In this document: positions 36,263-45,226 of the stretch, piece by piece
Layout: each line of letters begins with the position of its first letter
How positions within the stretch are numbered: position 1 is the stretch's first letter
IMG/VR virus record: IMGVR_UViG_3300037294_000661
Direction: 5' to 3' (one strand)
DNA: 64,000 nucleotides
From: an uncultured virus (IMG/VR IMGVR_UViG_3300037294_000661)
Lineage: Duplodnaviria; Heunggongvirae; Uroviricota; Caudoviricetes
Translations under genes and position numbers: made by a program
Notes under the pieces: generated by a model
Databases searched by the model: none
Told to the model about the DNA's origin: nothing
Seen by the model: only the letters and a program-made list of their open reading frames with translations

Positions 36263-37129
36263 GTGGCGACAACAATAATTCAGAGCTTTCTGCAATTGAA
36301 AGCGAATCTTGAAATCACCGGACTGCAACAGCAAATGGTTTCCACGCGCCAGCAGAATGTCCGTGATGCCGTTACTACTGATCTGACAGTGTTGGATACG
36401 TTCCTGACGGGGTCGTACCGGCGCAGCACGATGATTGCTCCGCTCAAAGACGCAGATATCGATGTGTTAGTCGTCCTTGATGCGTCCTATTTCAAACAGG
36501 ATGGGCAAGCATGGTTGCTCGACAAGGTAAAAACCACGCTCAAGAAGACGTATCCGTCAACACCGAAAATAAGCCGAAACGGGCAAGCAGTCACCATCAC
36601 GTTTACCGACTTCACTGTTGACGTGGTTCCAGCATTCAATCGACAGGGTGGTGGCTATCTGATTGCGGACTCCGTCAATGCGCGCTGGATTGCCACTGAT
36701 CCCAAAAAGCACGTTGACATATGGTCGGCTGCTAACGCTACGCATCAGGGTAACTTGGTTCCCTTGATAAAAATGCTCAAGGGATGGAACAGACAGAACG
36801 GTGCCTTGCTGCGGTCATTCCATCTCGAAGCCGTGATCCTTGGAATCCTGAACAATGTGACGATTAATGATTTCTCATCCGGAGCTAGATTCGTCTTTGA
36901 CAAGGCGCGACAAACGGTAAGAAGCGCGACATATGATCCTTCCGGCTACGGTGGAAACTTGGCGGACTATCTCAACTCACAACAGAAGATCAATGACGTG
37001 GTCAGTAGGCTGGAGTCGGCATACAACCGAGCCGTTGAGGCTGAAAGTCTCGACAAGCTGGGCAAGACTTCGCAGGCTGTTGATAAATGGCGTTTGATCT
37101 TTGGAGACTATTTTCCTGCTTATGGCTAA
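36263..37129 (+). CDS. CD-NTase (SMODS/cGAS-DncV-like cyclase)
   Basis: FLTGSYRRSTMI..LKDADIDV, VDVVPAF, W..TDP, LIKMLKGWN, SFHLE and W..IFG.YFP. Confidence 0.9.
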   Translation: MATTIIQSFLQLKANLEITGLQQQMVSTRQQNVRDAVTTDLTVLDTFLTGSYRRSTMIAPLKDADIDVLVVLDASYFKQDGQAWLLDKVKTTLKKTYPSTPKISRNGQAVTITFTDFTVDVVPAFNRQGGGYLIADSVNARWIATDPKKHVDIWSAANATHQGNLVPLIKMLKGWNRQNGALLRSFHLEAVILGILNNVTINDFSSGARFVFDKARQTVRSATYDPSGYGGNLADYLNSQQKINDVVSRLESAYNRAVEAESLDKLGKTSQAVDKWRLIFGDYFPAYG

Positions 37130-37904
37130 TCAACCGTCCAAAATCGACCCGATCCGAAAGCGCTACTACCGACCGCTCGAAATAGCTGAGTCATCTTCAG
37201 ATTGGCTTTTCTTGCTGGTGGCTGCGCTTTCCATTTTGGCCTTGGCAGTAGAGCGTACAACGTACCCAAGACTTTACGATCTTGTACAAGGGGCCTTCGT
37301 CGTCGGCGTATTGGTTCTATTCTTTCTTGGGCTTGGTATCAGGCTGTACTGGACGCCGCGCGCTGACGACAAACGCCGGCAGGATTTGCTCTCGAATTCC
37401 TTTGCTGTTGCTCTCACGCACGAACAGACGTCCGGGTACTACAACAACGACCAGACCAATCCCCTGAGACGGCTTTGCGCGTCATTACTTGAGAACAGTT
37501 TTTTCAGTAAGAACGTGACCTTGAAAATGGCGCACGGCGAGCGCATCAGAGTGGCCGTGTACGCACTGATTTGGATTGTCGCGCTATTGAATCGCGCCAC
37601 TGACCTTGCTCTTGCCGCTGCAATGGCTCAGGCCGTTTTCAGCGAGCAAATTATCTCCAGGTGGGTTCGTTTGGAATGGCTTCGGATGCGGTTTGAACGC
37701 GTCTATGAGCATCTGTATCGGCTTGTCCAAACGACGACAAATTTTAATAAGGAGGAGTTTCGTGTCCGCGTGTTGGAAGCGTTTGGGGAATACGAAACTG
37801 GTAAGGGGTACGGCGGCATCACCCTGTCCGCAAGAATATTTGAACGCCTTAACCCGTCGCTATCATTGGAATGGGCAGAGATTCGGAAATCGCTGAACAT
37901 TTAG
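37122..37904 (+). CDS. Multi-TM CBASS effector (S-4TM-like)
   Basis: Two pairs of hydrophobic segments; overlaps the cyclase stop by 8 bp. Confidence 0.75.
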   Translation: MANQPSKIDPIRKRYYRPLEIAESSSDWLFLLVAALSILALAVERTTYPRLYDLVQGAFVVGVLVLFFLGLGIRLYWTPRADDKRRQDLLSNSFAVALTHEQTSGYYNNDQTNPLRRLCASLLENSFFSKNVTLKMAHGERIRVAVYALIWIVALLNRATDLALAAAMAQAVFSEQIISRWVRLEWLRMRFERVYEHLYRLVQTTTNFNKEEFRVRVLEAFGEYETGKGYGGITLSARIFERLNPSLSLEWAEIRKSLNI

Positions 37905-38365
37905 TCCGATTTCTTGAGCAGATTTATCTCGGCTTCTCGACGTGCCACAAGTCCTGGCAAGACATTCCCCCCACCATAGACCCATCTTCGCAATTCCTGC
38001 GCGGCAGTTGGCCAGTCCCGCTGGTTGATCCGCCGCCGCAGCGTCGAGGTCTGTAAGCGACCTGCGCCAAGGTTGAACGTGAAGTCCACGATGGCCGCAA
38101 GCCGTCCCTCGGATTCGGTGGCCAGCACTGGGCAGTAGCGCAGCGTGGCATTCAGTGCTTTGACGAGGTCTAGCGCCAGATAGGCTTCGGCTTCCTCCAG
38201 CGTGATCGGCAGGTGATCTGGCGCGCAGAGATGACCGTAGCCAATCGTCCAGAATCCTGCCGGACACACGTAGGGGATGGCGGCAATCTCGGTACCGCGT
38301 TTCACCCGTCGCTCGAACCCTTCGAAGCGCTTGGCCAGTTCGATGGCGGCTTTCGGCACCATCAC
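37901..38365 (-). CDS. Phage lysozyme (GH24 endolysin)
   Basis: KRFEG...PYVCPAGFWTIGYGH, DFTFNLG and LPGLVARREAE. Confidence 0.95.
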   Translation of the reverse strand: MMVPKAAIELAKRFEGFERRVKRGTEIAAIPYVCPAGFWTIGYGHLCAPDHLPITLEEAEAYLALDLVKALNATLRYCPVLATESEGRLAAIVDFTFNLGAGRLQTSTLRRRINQRDWPTAAQELRRWVYGGGNVLPGLVARREAEINLLKKSD

Positions 38366-38838
38366 GACCGCACCCGATCAAACACGCGCCCCAAGAACCA
38401 GAAATTCAGTACCCCGGCCCACAAGGCTTGGTCTGCTTCCGTCCACGCGTGCAGGATTGCCACGCCATAACCAGCGCCAGCGGTCACGGCAGCCGCGAAC
38501 CCTGCCGTCTTGGCCGCGCAGTACAGCGCCATGAACCAGTAGGTGATCACGGGCCGAACGCTACTGGAGAGCGCATCGGCCCAACGCACGCCGGTTTTCT
38601 CACCTTGGGTGCGCACCGCCTCGCGCAGTGTTTCGATGGCACCAACATTCCACGCGGCGTCGGCACCTGCGCCGATCTCGTCCATTCGTTGCGCGCCGCG
38701 AATCTTCTCGAATTCCAGCGCCTTGTCCTGCATCGCCAGTTCGTGGCCACGCTCGCCCTTGCGGTCGAGCCACTTGAGGAATTCGGGGGCAAGGCGGAAT
38801 GCGCCGCCCAGCAGGCCACCAAGTAATGTCTCGATCAT
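38362..38838 (-). CDS. Holin-like membrane protein
   Basis: SSVRPVITY...TM segments...FWFLGR; adjacent to the lysozyme gene. Confidence 0.7.
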   Translation of the reverse strand: MIETLLGGLLGGAFRLAPEFLKWLDRKGERGHELAMQDKALEFEKIRGAQRMDEIGAGADAAWNVGAIETLREAVRTQGEKTGVRWADALSSSVRPVITYWFMALYCAAKTAGFAAAVTAGAGYGVAILHAWTEADQALWAGVLNFWFLGRVFDRVRS

Positions 38839-39125
38839 TGCCCACCTCCGAACACCTTGAGCTTGATGAGCGCGCCCGCAACCAGGGCCAGCAGGAAACT
38901 GGTGGTGATCAACTTGATCACCGTCTGCCACGCAGTGTGCTTGGCGGTGTTGAAGGCCTCCAACAAGCCGCGCAGCTCGCGAATGTCGTTCGCGGCGTTT
39001 TCGCCGTCGAGGCCAACATCGGACAGGGCCGCACGCGCGCCGCGCTCGGCAACACGTTCCAGCAGTTCTTCGAATTCATCCTTTGGCATGGTGACCATGC
39101 CCTCCGTCACAGTGGGTGCATTCAT
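38835..39125 (-). CDS. DUF6127-like membrane protein (lysis cluster)
   Basis: AERGARAAL..VGL...DIRELRGLL with a C-terminal TM segment. Confidence 0.7.
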   Translation of the reverse strand: MNAPTVTEGMVTMPKDEFEELLERVAERGARAALSDVGLDGENAANDIRELRGLLEAFNTAKHTAWQTVIKLITTSFLLALVAGALIKLKVFGGGQ

Positions 39126-39144
39126 TTGCGTTCTCCAGAAATGC

Positions 39145-39169
39145 GAAACCCGCCTCGTGGGCGGGTTTC
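39145..39169. terminator. Stem-loop between the tail and lysis genes
   Basis: GAAACCCGCC-tcgtg-GGCGGGTTTC. Confidence 0.6.
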
Positions 39170-39188
39170 ATTGGTAAAGATTGTCGAT

Positions 39189-39539
39189 TCAGATGGCGAT
39201 ACCGGCGCTCCAGCCAGTTGCCTTGAAGGCCGAGAGCTTGGCCTCGTCCTCGATGTAGCAAAGCCAGCCGATCTTGGGCACGTGAAATTCCCAGACATCG
39301 GCGATGCGGGCGGCGATCTGGCTGGTCTTGCCAGTCCACACACCGGTGGCAGCGGCAGGCACGATGTAGCGGTCGCCATTGGCGGGGCTGGCGGGTGGCG
39401 TGGTCAGGTCGCGGTCTTTCACGGATAGACCGAACACTGCGCCGAGGCGCTTGAGGTTGGCGTCCATACCGCTATCCCAGCCGCTCTCGCCGAGCGTCCA
39501 GCCGTAGTTGAGTCCAAGATTCGGGTCGGTTGATGACAT
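39189..39539 (-). CDS. DUF2793-like phage protein
   Basis: TTPPASPANGDRYIV..AATGVW.G....IA.....WEF..PKIGW. Confidence 0.8.
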   Translation of the reverse strand: MSSTDPNLGLNYGWTLGESGWDSGMDANLKRLGAVFGLSVKDRDLTTPPASPANGDRYIVPAAATGVWTGKTSQIAARIADVWEFHVPKIGWLCYIEDEAKLSAFKATGWSAGIAI

Positions 39540-39542
39540 GGT

Positions 39543-40139
39543 TTATCTCCAGAGATTCGATGTTTGGCGAATGCGCCGGACAGCGTCCGGATCGCCGGTG
39601 CGGTGGCTTTGTTGCGGATGCTGCCGCCAATGACGCCCAACGATGGGCAGGTAGAGCACGCCACCGCGCTTGGCCACCAGTAGGGTCAACAGCCAGTCGG
39701 CAAAGTTGTGGATGTCGGTGGTTTCCTTCAGCACGGCTTCCACTGCGGATCGGCGCATCACGATCAGGCCGTGGACGTGGCTGGCGCTGTTGGCGTGCTG
39801 CCAGCGGCTGTAGGCCAGACGCCGAACGGCGATGTCGCGGCCAGACTCGTCCGTCAACGCCTCATCGGTGTAGGCCATCACGGCTTGCGGGCAGGCATCC
39901 AGTGCATCGGCCAACTGCGCAAAGGCGCTGGCTTCGTACAGATCATCTGGATCGACGAAGGACACCAGCGGCAACGTGCCTTGTGCATATCCCGCCGCGC
40001 GTGCTTCACCGATGCGGGCCGGGATGCCCGGCAGCACGTGCAGCTGGATCGGCGCTCCTTCGAGACTGCCAATGCACGCCTCGCGCCATTCGGCAGACTC
40101 GTTCAAGGTGAGTAGATGAACATCAATGCGCGGCTCCAT
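39543..40139 (-). CDS. Glycosyltransferase family 2-like protein within the tail operon
   Basis: ARAAGY..GT.PLVSFVDPDD (DxD motif) and ADWLL; TGATG-coupled to the tail gene. Confidence 0.8.
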   Translation of the reverse strand: MEPRIDVHLLTLNESAEWREACIGSLEGAPIQLHVLPGIPARIGEARAAGYAQGTLPLVSFVDPDDLYEASAFAQLADALDACPQAVMAYTDEALTDESGRDIAVRRLAYSRWQHANSASHVHGLIVMRRSAVEAVLKETTDIHNFADWLLTLLVAKRGGVLYLPIVGRHWRQHPQQSHRTGDPDAVRRIRQTSNLWR

Positions 40140-42412
40140 CACACACCTCCCCAATATTGACCCCAGCGCAGGCCGTAACCTGTCCGTTCCATGCCCCGTA
40201 CCTGCGGCTGCCAACTGCTCAAGCCATCACGTTCGGCAGTGATTTCCACAGTGATTCGGTCACCCAGCGCACCGGCCTCAGCGGCGGCAACTGCTGTGCT
40301 CCAGATGAAGGTGGTTCCGATCAGACCGGGTTCGGTGTGCACCGCGCTGCCGACGCGATTGCGGATGCGCACGGTGTAGCTCACGCCCAACTCCGGCCCG
40401 ATATCGCCCTCGTCTTGCTGCACCACGTAGGCGGTTTGCTGCGTGCGGTCACGGTGGGCCCACACCAAGGTGATGTCGCCAGAAACCGTTGCTGGATCGA
40501 TGTCGCCATTGATTCGAATGCGACCGGGTGGATACGGCAGCGCCTGCCGACCGACCAGCGCGAGCGGCTGACCATTGCTGGCCAGAACCGGATCACCCTG
40601 ATCGGTCGACGTGCGCGGAATCGCTCCCACGAACACAGACTCACCGGGCGCGCGCTCGGCACTCTCCGATGCCAGCCAATCACCGACGCCAACCAGGCGT
40701 GTTCCAAGTGCGTGGGACTGAGGCGTGGTGTCGAGTACGCCCCGCGCCAAACCAATGGTTGCATTGCCCGTGTCGAAGGCCAGGATCGCCACGGCCTCAA
40801 TCAGTGCTCCGCTGGCATCCACCAGATAGGCGTAGTCGCCAACGGCAAGTCGCTCTGGTTGGCTGACGGCGGTCACCGGCACTGCCACCGCATCGAACTC
40901 GGTCGCAGGCAAGGCCGCGTCGAGCGTTAGCAACGGTGCATAGTCCTCACCAACGACTGCGGCGATGTCGCCGCTCGATACCCCGGTGGCCAGTTGCCAG
41001 TTCAGTTGTCCGGTGCCGCCTGCCGCAGCCAGTGCGCCAAGATAGGTGTCCGTGTCGGTCAAATAGGCCAGATCCGCACGCGATAGCCTCCGCGCCAGTT
41101 CCCAGTACGGGATTTCGACGGCGAGTACCAACGCTGGCGGCAGTGGCTCAATGATGGGTTCCTTGATGCGTGGCGGCGGTGGCGACAGCACAGTGTTGCT
41201 CATGCCGAAAACGTCCTCGATGGCCTCGATACGCCACTCGGCAGCGCCCAGCTTGCCGGTGTCGATGCCAGTCACGCGCACCACCATCTGATCGATGCTC
41301 AAGCGAGGCCAATTCAGCAGAAATACATCGCCCGGCAGCGGTGGGCGCTCCAGTGTTTCGCGTGCCACCGTCAGACTGAGCCGGGCCAAAGGGGAACCCA
41401 ATGCTCGCAGATCGCGCAAAGCCAGCCGCGCGGCCAGTGGACCGTAGTTGACGCCAGGATAGTCACGGCGCTGGTTGATCACGCCGCCCTGCAACTGAAT
41501 GGCGGCGAGATTCTCCACCGTGACGGTGGTGTCCCCGCCCGTTTGCCAGTCCGAGTAGATCACGGTCAATTCGTTGGGCAGCTCGCCCCATTGGGCACGT
41601 TCAAAGCGTTCGAGACGCACGATCTCGTCGGGGCCCAACTTCGGCAGGCTATCGATCCAGTAATCGTCGCGCAGCAACTTGAGCTCGAAGGTGCCTTGCT
41701 CGGGATCGGTGTAAAGAATGCCGCCAATGTGGTCGATTACCTGACCGATGAAGCTCTCGATGGACTGCTGGCGGGTCCAGACCAGATTGAGGCCGAAGCC
41801 CTCGTTGGACAGTGCCGACGCCGCGTTCCAAAAACTCCAACCTATGGAGTCTTGCGGATAGCCCATGCCCCAGTGCGGGTCGGTGAGGCATTGCACCAGG
41901 ATGTGGGCCGGGTTCATGCCCACGCTGATGTCCTGGCCTTCGTCGTCATCCCAGACACGCACCTCGGCGTTCCACTCCATCCACGCTTGACCATGCCAGC
42001 CCGCAGTAAAGCGGCGCACGCGCACGGCCCACGGTTTGATGTACGGGTTGTTGGCCGCGAACAAAATCTTGCGGGCAACCAACGACAGCACGCCCCTGAA
42101 AGCCGGGATGGCACTGCCCAGTCGGCCCATCAGGTAGTCGTTGCGACCTTGGCCCGCACCACCTGCGAGCACGTCGATATTTCCGACCACGCCGCCTTCG
42201 TGTGAATCACCCCCAAAAAGATCGGGCTTGTTGATGCTGATGCTGGTCAGACCGTGCCCGCTGGACAGGACGCCTCGGTCAGCATCGCCCCACGCGGTAC
42301 GGTCACCCATCTGGATTTCCTGCACGGCATCGACCGGCCCTTGGCATAAGGCCAGATGCAGACCCATGCGATAGCGGTAGCCGACCGTCTGAGATTTGCT
42401 GCTGCCACCCAT
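40139..42412 (-). CDS. Tail tip / host-specificity (central tail hub) protein
   Basis: GYRYRMGLHLALC, MNPAHIL and GTFELKLLRDDY; expected position in the tail module. Confidence 0.85.
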   Translation of the reverse strand: MGGSSKSQTVGYRYRMGLHLALCQGPVDAVQEIQMGDRTAWGDADRGVLSSGHGLTSISINKPDLFGGDSHEGGVVGNIDVLAGGAGQGRNDYLMGRLGSAIPAFRGVLSLVARKILFAANNPYIKPWAVRVRRFTAGWHGQAWMEWNAEVRVWDDDEGQDISVGMNPAHILVQCLTDPHWGMGYPQDSIGWSFWNAASALSNEGFGLNLVWTRQQSIESFIGQVIDHIGGILYTDPEQGTFELKLLRDDYWIDSLPKLGPDEIVRLERFERAQWGELPNELTVIYSDWQTGGDTTVTVENLAAIQLQGGVINQRRDYPGVNYGPLAARLALRDLRALGSPLARLSLTVARETLERPPLPGDVFLLNWPRLSIDQMVVRVTGIDTGKLGAAEWRIEAIEDVFGMSNTVLSPPPPRIKEPIIEPLPPALVLAVEIPYWELARRLSRADLAYLTDTDTYLGALAAAGGTGQLNWQLATGVSSGDIAAVVGEDYAPLLTLDAALPATEFDAVAVPVTAVSQPERLAVGDYAYLVDASGALIEAVAILAFDTGNATIGLARGVLDTTPQSHALGTRLVGVGDWLASESAERAPGESVFVGAIPRTSTDQGDPVLASNGQPLALVGRQALPYPPGRIRINGDIDPATVSGDITLVWAHRDRTQQTAYVVQQDEGDIGPELGVSYTVRIRNRVGSAVHTEPGLIGTTFIWSTAVAAAEAGALGDRITVEITAERDGLSSWQPQVRGMERTGYGLRWGQYWGGV

Positions 42413-42639
42413 CAGTCTTGCTCCTGCTGGATACGTTGCTTGCAAGCGTGCGCTTGTGCGTAATCCACCACGCGCCTTGCCATTGCATCGCCGGTGGCCA
42501 GCAAGGTGTCAGCATCGAGCCCGTCCCGCAGGAAACCCCGGAAATTTAGGTCGTGACGCGCGAACCATGTGCGCGTGCCGTTCACACACAGGCCAACGGC
42601 ACGCACGTGATCGATGGTGATGACAGTCTCAGTGCTCAT
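42412..42639 (-). CDS. Small tail-module protein
   Basis: ITIDHVRAVGLCVNGTRTWF; coupled on both sides. Confidence 0.75.
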   Translation of the reverse strand: MSTETVITIDHVRAVGLCVNGTRTWFARHDLNFRGFLRDGLDADTLLATGDAMARRVVDYAQAHACKQRIQQEQD

Positions 42640-42863
42640 TTCTTGCCGCCTTTCTTCTTGATTGGGTCGGCTTCCAGATCGCCATACCAGACGACGTTGG
42701 CTCCGCGTAGCAGCACCGTGCCGAACACGACAGGAATCGGTCGGCCTTCTTCTGCTGTGGGAGCATCGATGTCGGAAAGCGATGCAGGTTTGGGTTCGGG
42801 TGGTTTGGGTGCGAGCGCGACAGAGACGAGCGCGGCGACGATGATGACGACGAGGTACCACAT
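42636..42863 (-). CDS. Small tail assembly protein
   Basis: PTAEEGRPIPVVFGT....NVVWYGD. Confidence 0.8.
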   Translation of the reverse strand: MWYLVVIIVAALVSVALAPKPPEPKPASLSDIDAPTAEEGRPIPVVFGTVLLRGANVVWYGDLEADPIKKKGGKK

Positions 42864-42872
42864 GGACAGTCC

Positions 42873-43661
42873 TCAAAAAACGCCCGTAGAGAACGGGTTC
42901 TTGCTTGGGATGGCGGGAAATCCGCCGTAGTTGTCGAGGTTGTCGAAGCGCGACTCACAGGTCGCCGTGCTGTGATCGCAGCCGACGGTCAGTTGCACCT
43001 CGGTGCCCGTTTCGATGGCAACGGGATAGAGCAACTCCACGCCGCTGCCGTAATCGCTGACGATCATGTGGCGCGCCCCTTCCGGGGTTTGCAGCCAGCC
43101 TCCGGCTACGCCGCCACTCACGCCTGCTGGAACACCGCCGTCGAGTTCCACGTTGCGGCCATTGGTGTTGGCCACAAAGGCGCTGGCGGAAATCTGCGAT
43201 GCACCGCAGGCACTCGAATACAGGACGTGCGAGCATTTGCGGCTGTAAAGCCGACGCAGGCCGATGCGTTTGAGGCTGACCTGTGCGCTTTCGCAGCGAA
43301 TACGCGCAGCATCCTCTGCGATCTCGACGCCCAGCACCCGACCCATCCAGCGTGTGCCCGACAGCCACCAGTAGTCGCCCCAGGTATCGCGCCGTCCGAT
43401 CCGCAAGGTGATCGATGTGGTTTCTCCGGTCAGGGAGGTGGCGAGCAGATGGCGCACGAGATCGCAGTCGGGTGGCAGTTTGAGCTCCAGCGCCGACTTG
43501 GCCGCTTCGGCACCCAGCGCCAGTTCGTTTCGCTCAATGGATACGCTGGAGTACAGATTGCCATCGAGATTGACGTCGAATTCGTGCGGCGTCAGATAAA
43601 ACTGCACGCTGCTGCTGGCGAAAGCGTAAAGCTCGACTTCCATCAGTGGTTGGTTGCTCAT
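42873..43661 (-). CDS. BR0599/DUF2163-like tail protein
   Basis: CSHVLY...C and GCDHS...C..RFDNLDNYGGFP Cys cluster. Confidence 0.85.
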   Translation of the reverse strand: MSNQPLMEVELYAFASSSVQFYLTPHEFDVNLDGNLYSSVSIERNELALGAEAAKSALELKLPPDCDLVRHLLATSLTGETTSITLRIGRRDTWGDYWWLSGTRWMGRVLGVEIAEDAARIRCESAQVSLKRIGLRRLYSRKCSHVLYSSACGASQISASAFVANTNGRNVELDGGVPAGVSGGVAGGWLQTPEGARHMIVSDYGSGVELLYPVAIETGTEVQLTVGCDHSTATCESRFDNLDNYGGFPAIPSKNPFSTGVF

Positions 43662-45226
43662 GCCGCGTACTCTCCATAGGTTTCTCGGTCGTTGCCGCGT
43701 GGCTCGGGCAATTGGCGCGCGGTCAGCGTGATCTCCACCAGCGTCGGGCTATGCCAGTACAGATCGATGGCATCGTGGTCGAGGCGGCAGCGCACGAGGC
43801 GAAACACCCGGCTGCCCTCAGGCACGAATTCGTCGATACCAGATCGCAAGACCAGCACGCCGCCTTGATCGAAGTGGCAGGTAGAGGTCAACGCGTACTG
43901 TTGATAGCCGTCCGGATGGGTGATTACGCAGGCAGCAGGTCGATGCCAGAAGGCCGACACGTCGTCACCGCTGACGCGCAGGTAACCATCGTCAGGCGAA
44001 GCCTCACTCGTGACCCACAACACTGGAGCCAAACCATCGGGCAGCCAGAAGGCTTCCAGCCGACCTTGGGTGCGCCACAACCGGGAACGCCAAACCTCGA
44101 TCTCCTCAAGGTTGCTGGCCAGATAGCGCCGTTGGAAGCTGCTCACCGGCCAAGGGTCGTCCCGACGAATCCACGGATCAGCGGGCGAAAAATCCTGGCG
44201 CGCGATGACGCCCGCCACATTTGCCGTGGGATCGTCGCGCCAGTTACCATCAGGCCAGACCGGGATCTCGTCCAGCCACGGATCATCGACGGCATCCATG
44301 TCCGGAGCTTTTGCAGGCGTGATGTTGGCCGTGGCGTTGCCACCAACCACCCCCGGCACCCACTGTGTCAATGCTGTCGGATCGACAGCGGTTCCCCACA
44401 GCAGCGGCATCACGGTCGTACCAGCCGCAGCGGCACGTGCTAACGGTTCAGAGAGCCACAGCAGATCACTCTCGACGTCAGTCAGTTGAGCCACTTGCCA
44501 ACCATCGGCAGCGCAAATCACCACCCAACGATCTTCGCCTTGCCAGCCCTGCAGGCCGTCGTAGGACAGTTGCAATTCCGCTCCAGATGGCCCGAAAGTC
44601 CGCCAGTTAGCATCCGTCACTTCGAGAGCCAGCGCGCCACGTTCTGCAGCTTGGGTCAAGTGAACGGCGTACTGTGGCAGTGGCCACAGCGCGGGTTTTC
44701 CAAAATGGTCGGCCAGCCAGTCAGCGACCAAGGCGTCGGTCTGACGGGCGTTTCCGATCCGGTACGAGAGCAATCTGCGGGGCACGCGACGTCGGGCCTG
44801 ACGCGATTCGTTGCCACTGGCCAGTCGCACTACGGTGGTTTGCCACTCCAGACGTTCTACCAGCGGTTCAGACCAATCGTGGCGGAAGGCAAACACGCCG
44901 CGTTGGGCGGTAGGCCAGGGCTGATCGCCAAACGCATCCATGCCGGTCGCGGCAATGCCGCTGGCAGCAGTATCCCGACGCAGCACCTCGACCAGAAATG
45001 TCGGCGCATTAATGGGTGGCCACGGTTCAGCCAGTGACTCGGCCAGCCAAACTGCAGCCGAATTGGGCGGCTGCGGCGCTGTCGAGGTTTCCACCTGCAA
45101 GGCGGCTGTAATTGCCCCGAACGATGCGCGAGACAGCACCTCACCTTGGAAAACCGGCAGTGCGGCCCCGGGCGTGGGTTTGCTGGAAACCTCCGCGACT
45201 TCGCGGTCAACAACGCGATCCGTCAC
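43658..45226 (-). CDS. Tail-module protein (distal tail-like)
   Basis: DWSEPLVERLEWQT and GRLEAFWLP; lies after the tape measure gene. Confidence 0.75.
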   Translation of the reverse strand: MTDRVVDREVAEVSSKPTPGAALPVFQGEVLSRASFGAITAALQVETSTAPQPPNSAAVWLAESLAEPWPPINAPTFLVEVLRRDTAASGIAATGMDAFGDQPWPTAQRGVFAFRHDWSEPLVERLEWQTTVVRLASGNESRQARRRVPRRLLSYRIGNARQTDALVADWLADHFGKPALWPLPQYAVHLTQAAERGALALEVTDANWRTFGPSGAELQLSYDGLQGWQGEDRWVVICAADGWQVAQLTDVESDLLWLSEPLARAAAAGTTVMPLLWGTAVDPTALTQWVPGVVGGNATANITPAKAPDMDAVDDPWLDEIPVWPDGNWRDDPTANVAGVIARQDFSPADPWIRRDDPWPVSSFQRRYLASNLEEIEVWRSRLWRTQGRLEAFWLPDGLAPVLWVTSEASPDDGYLRVSGDDVSAFWHRPAACVITHPDGYQQYALTSTCHFDQGGVLVLRSGIDEFVPEGSRVFRLVRCRLDHDAIDLYWHSPTLVEITLTARQLPEPRGNDRETYGEYAA

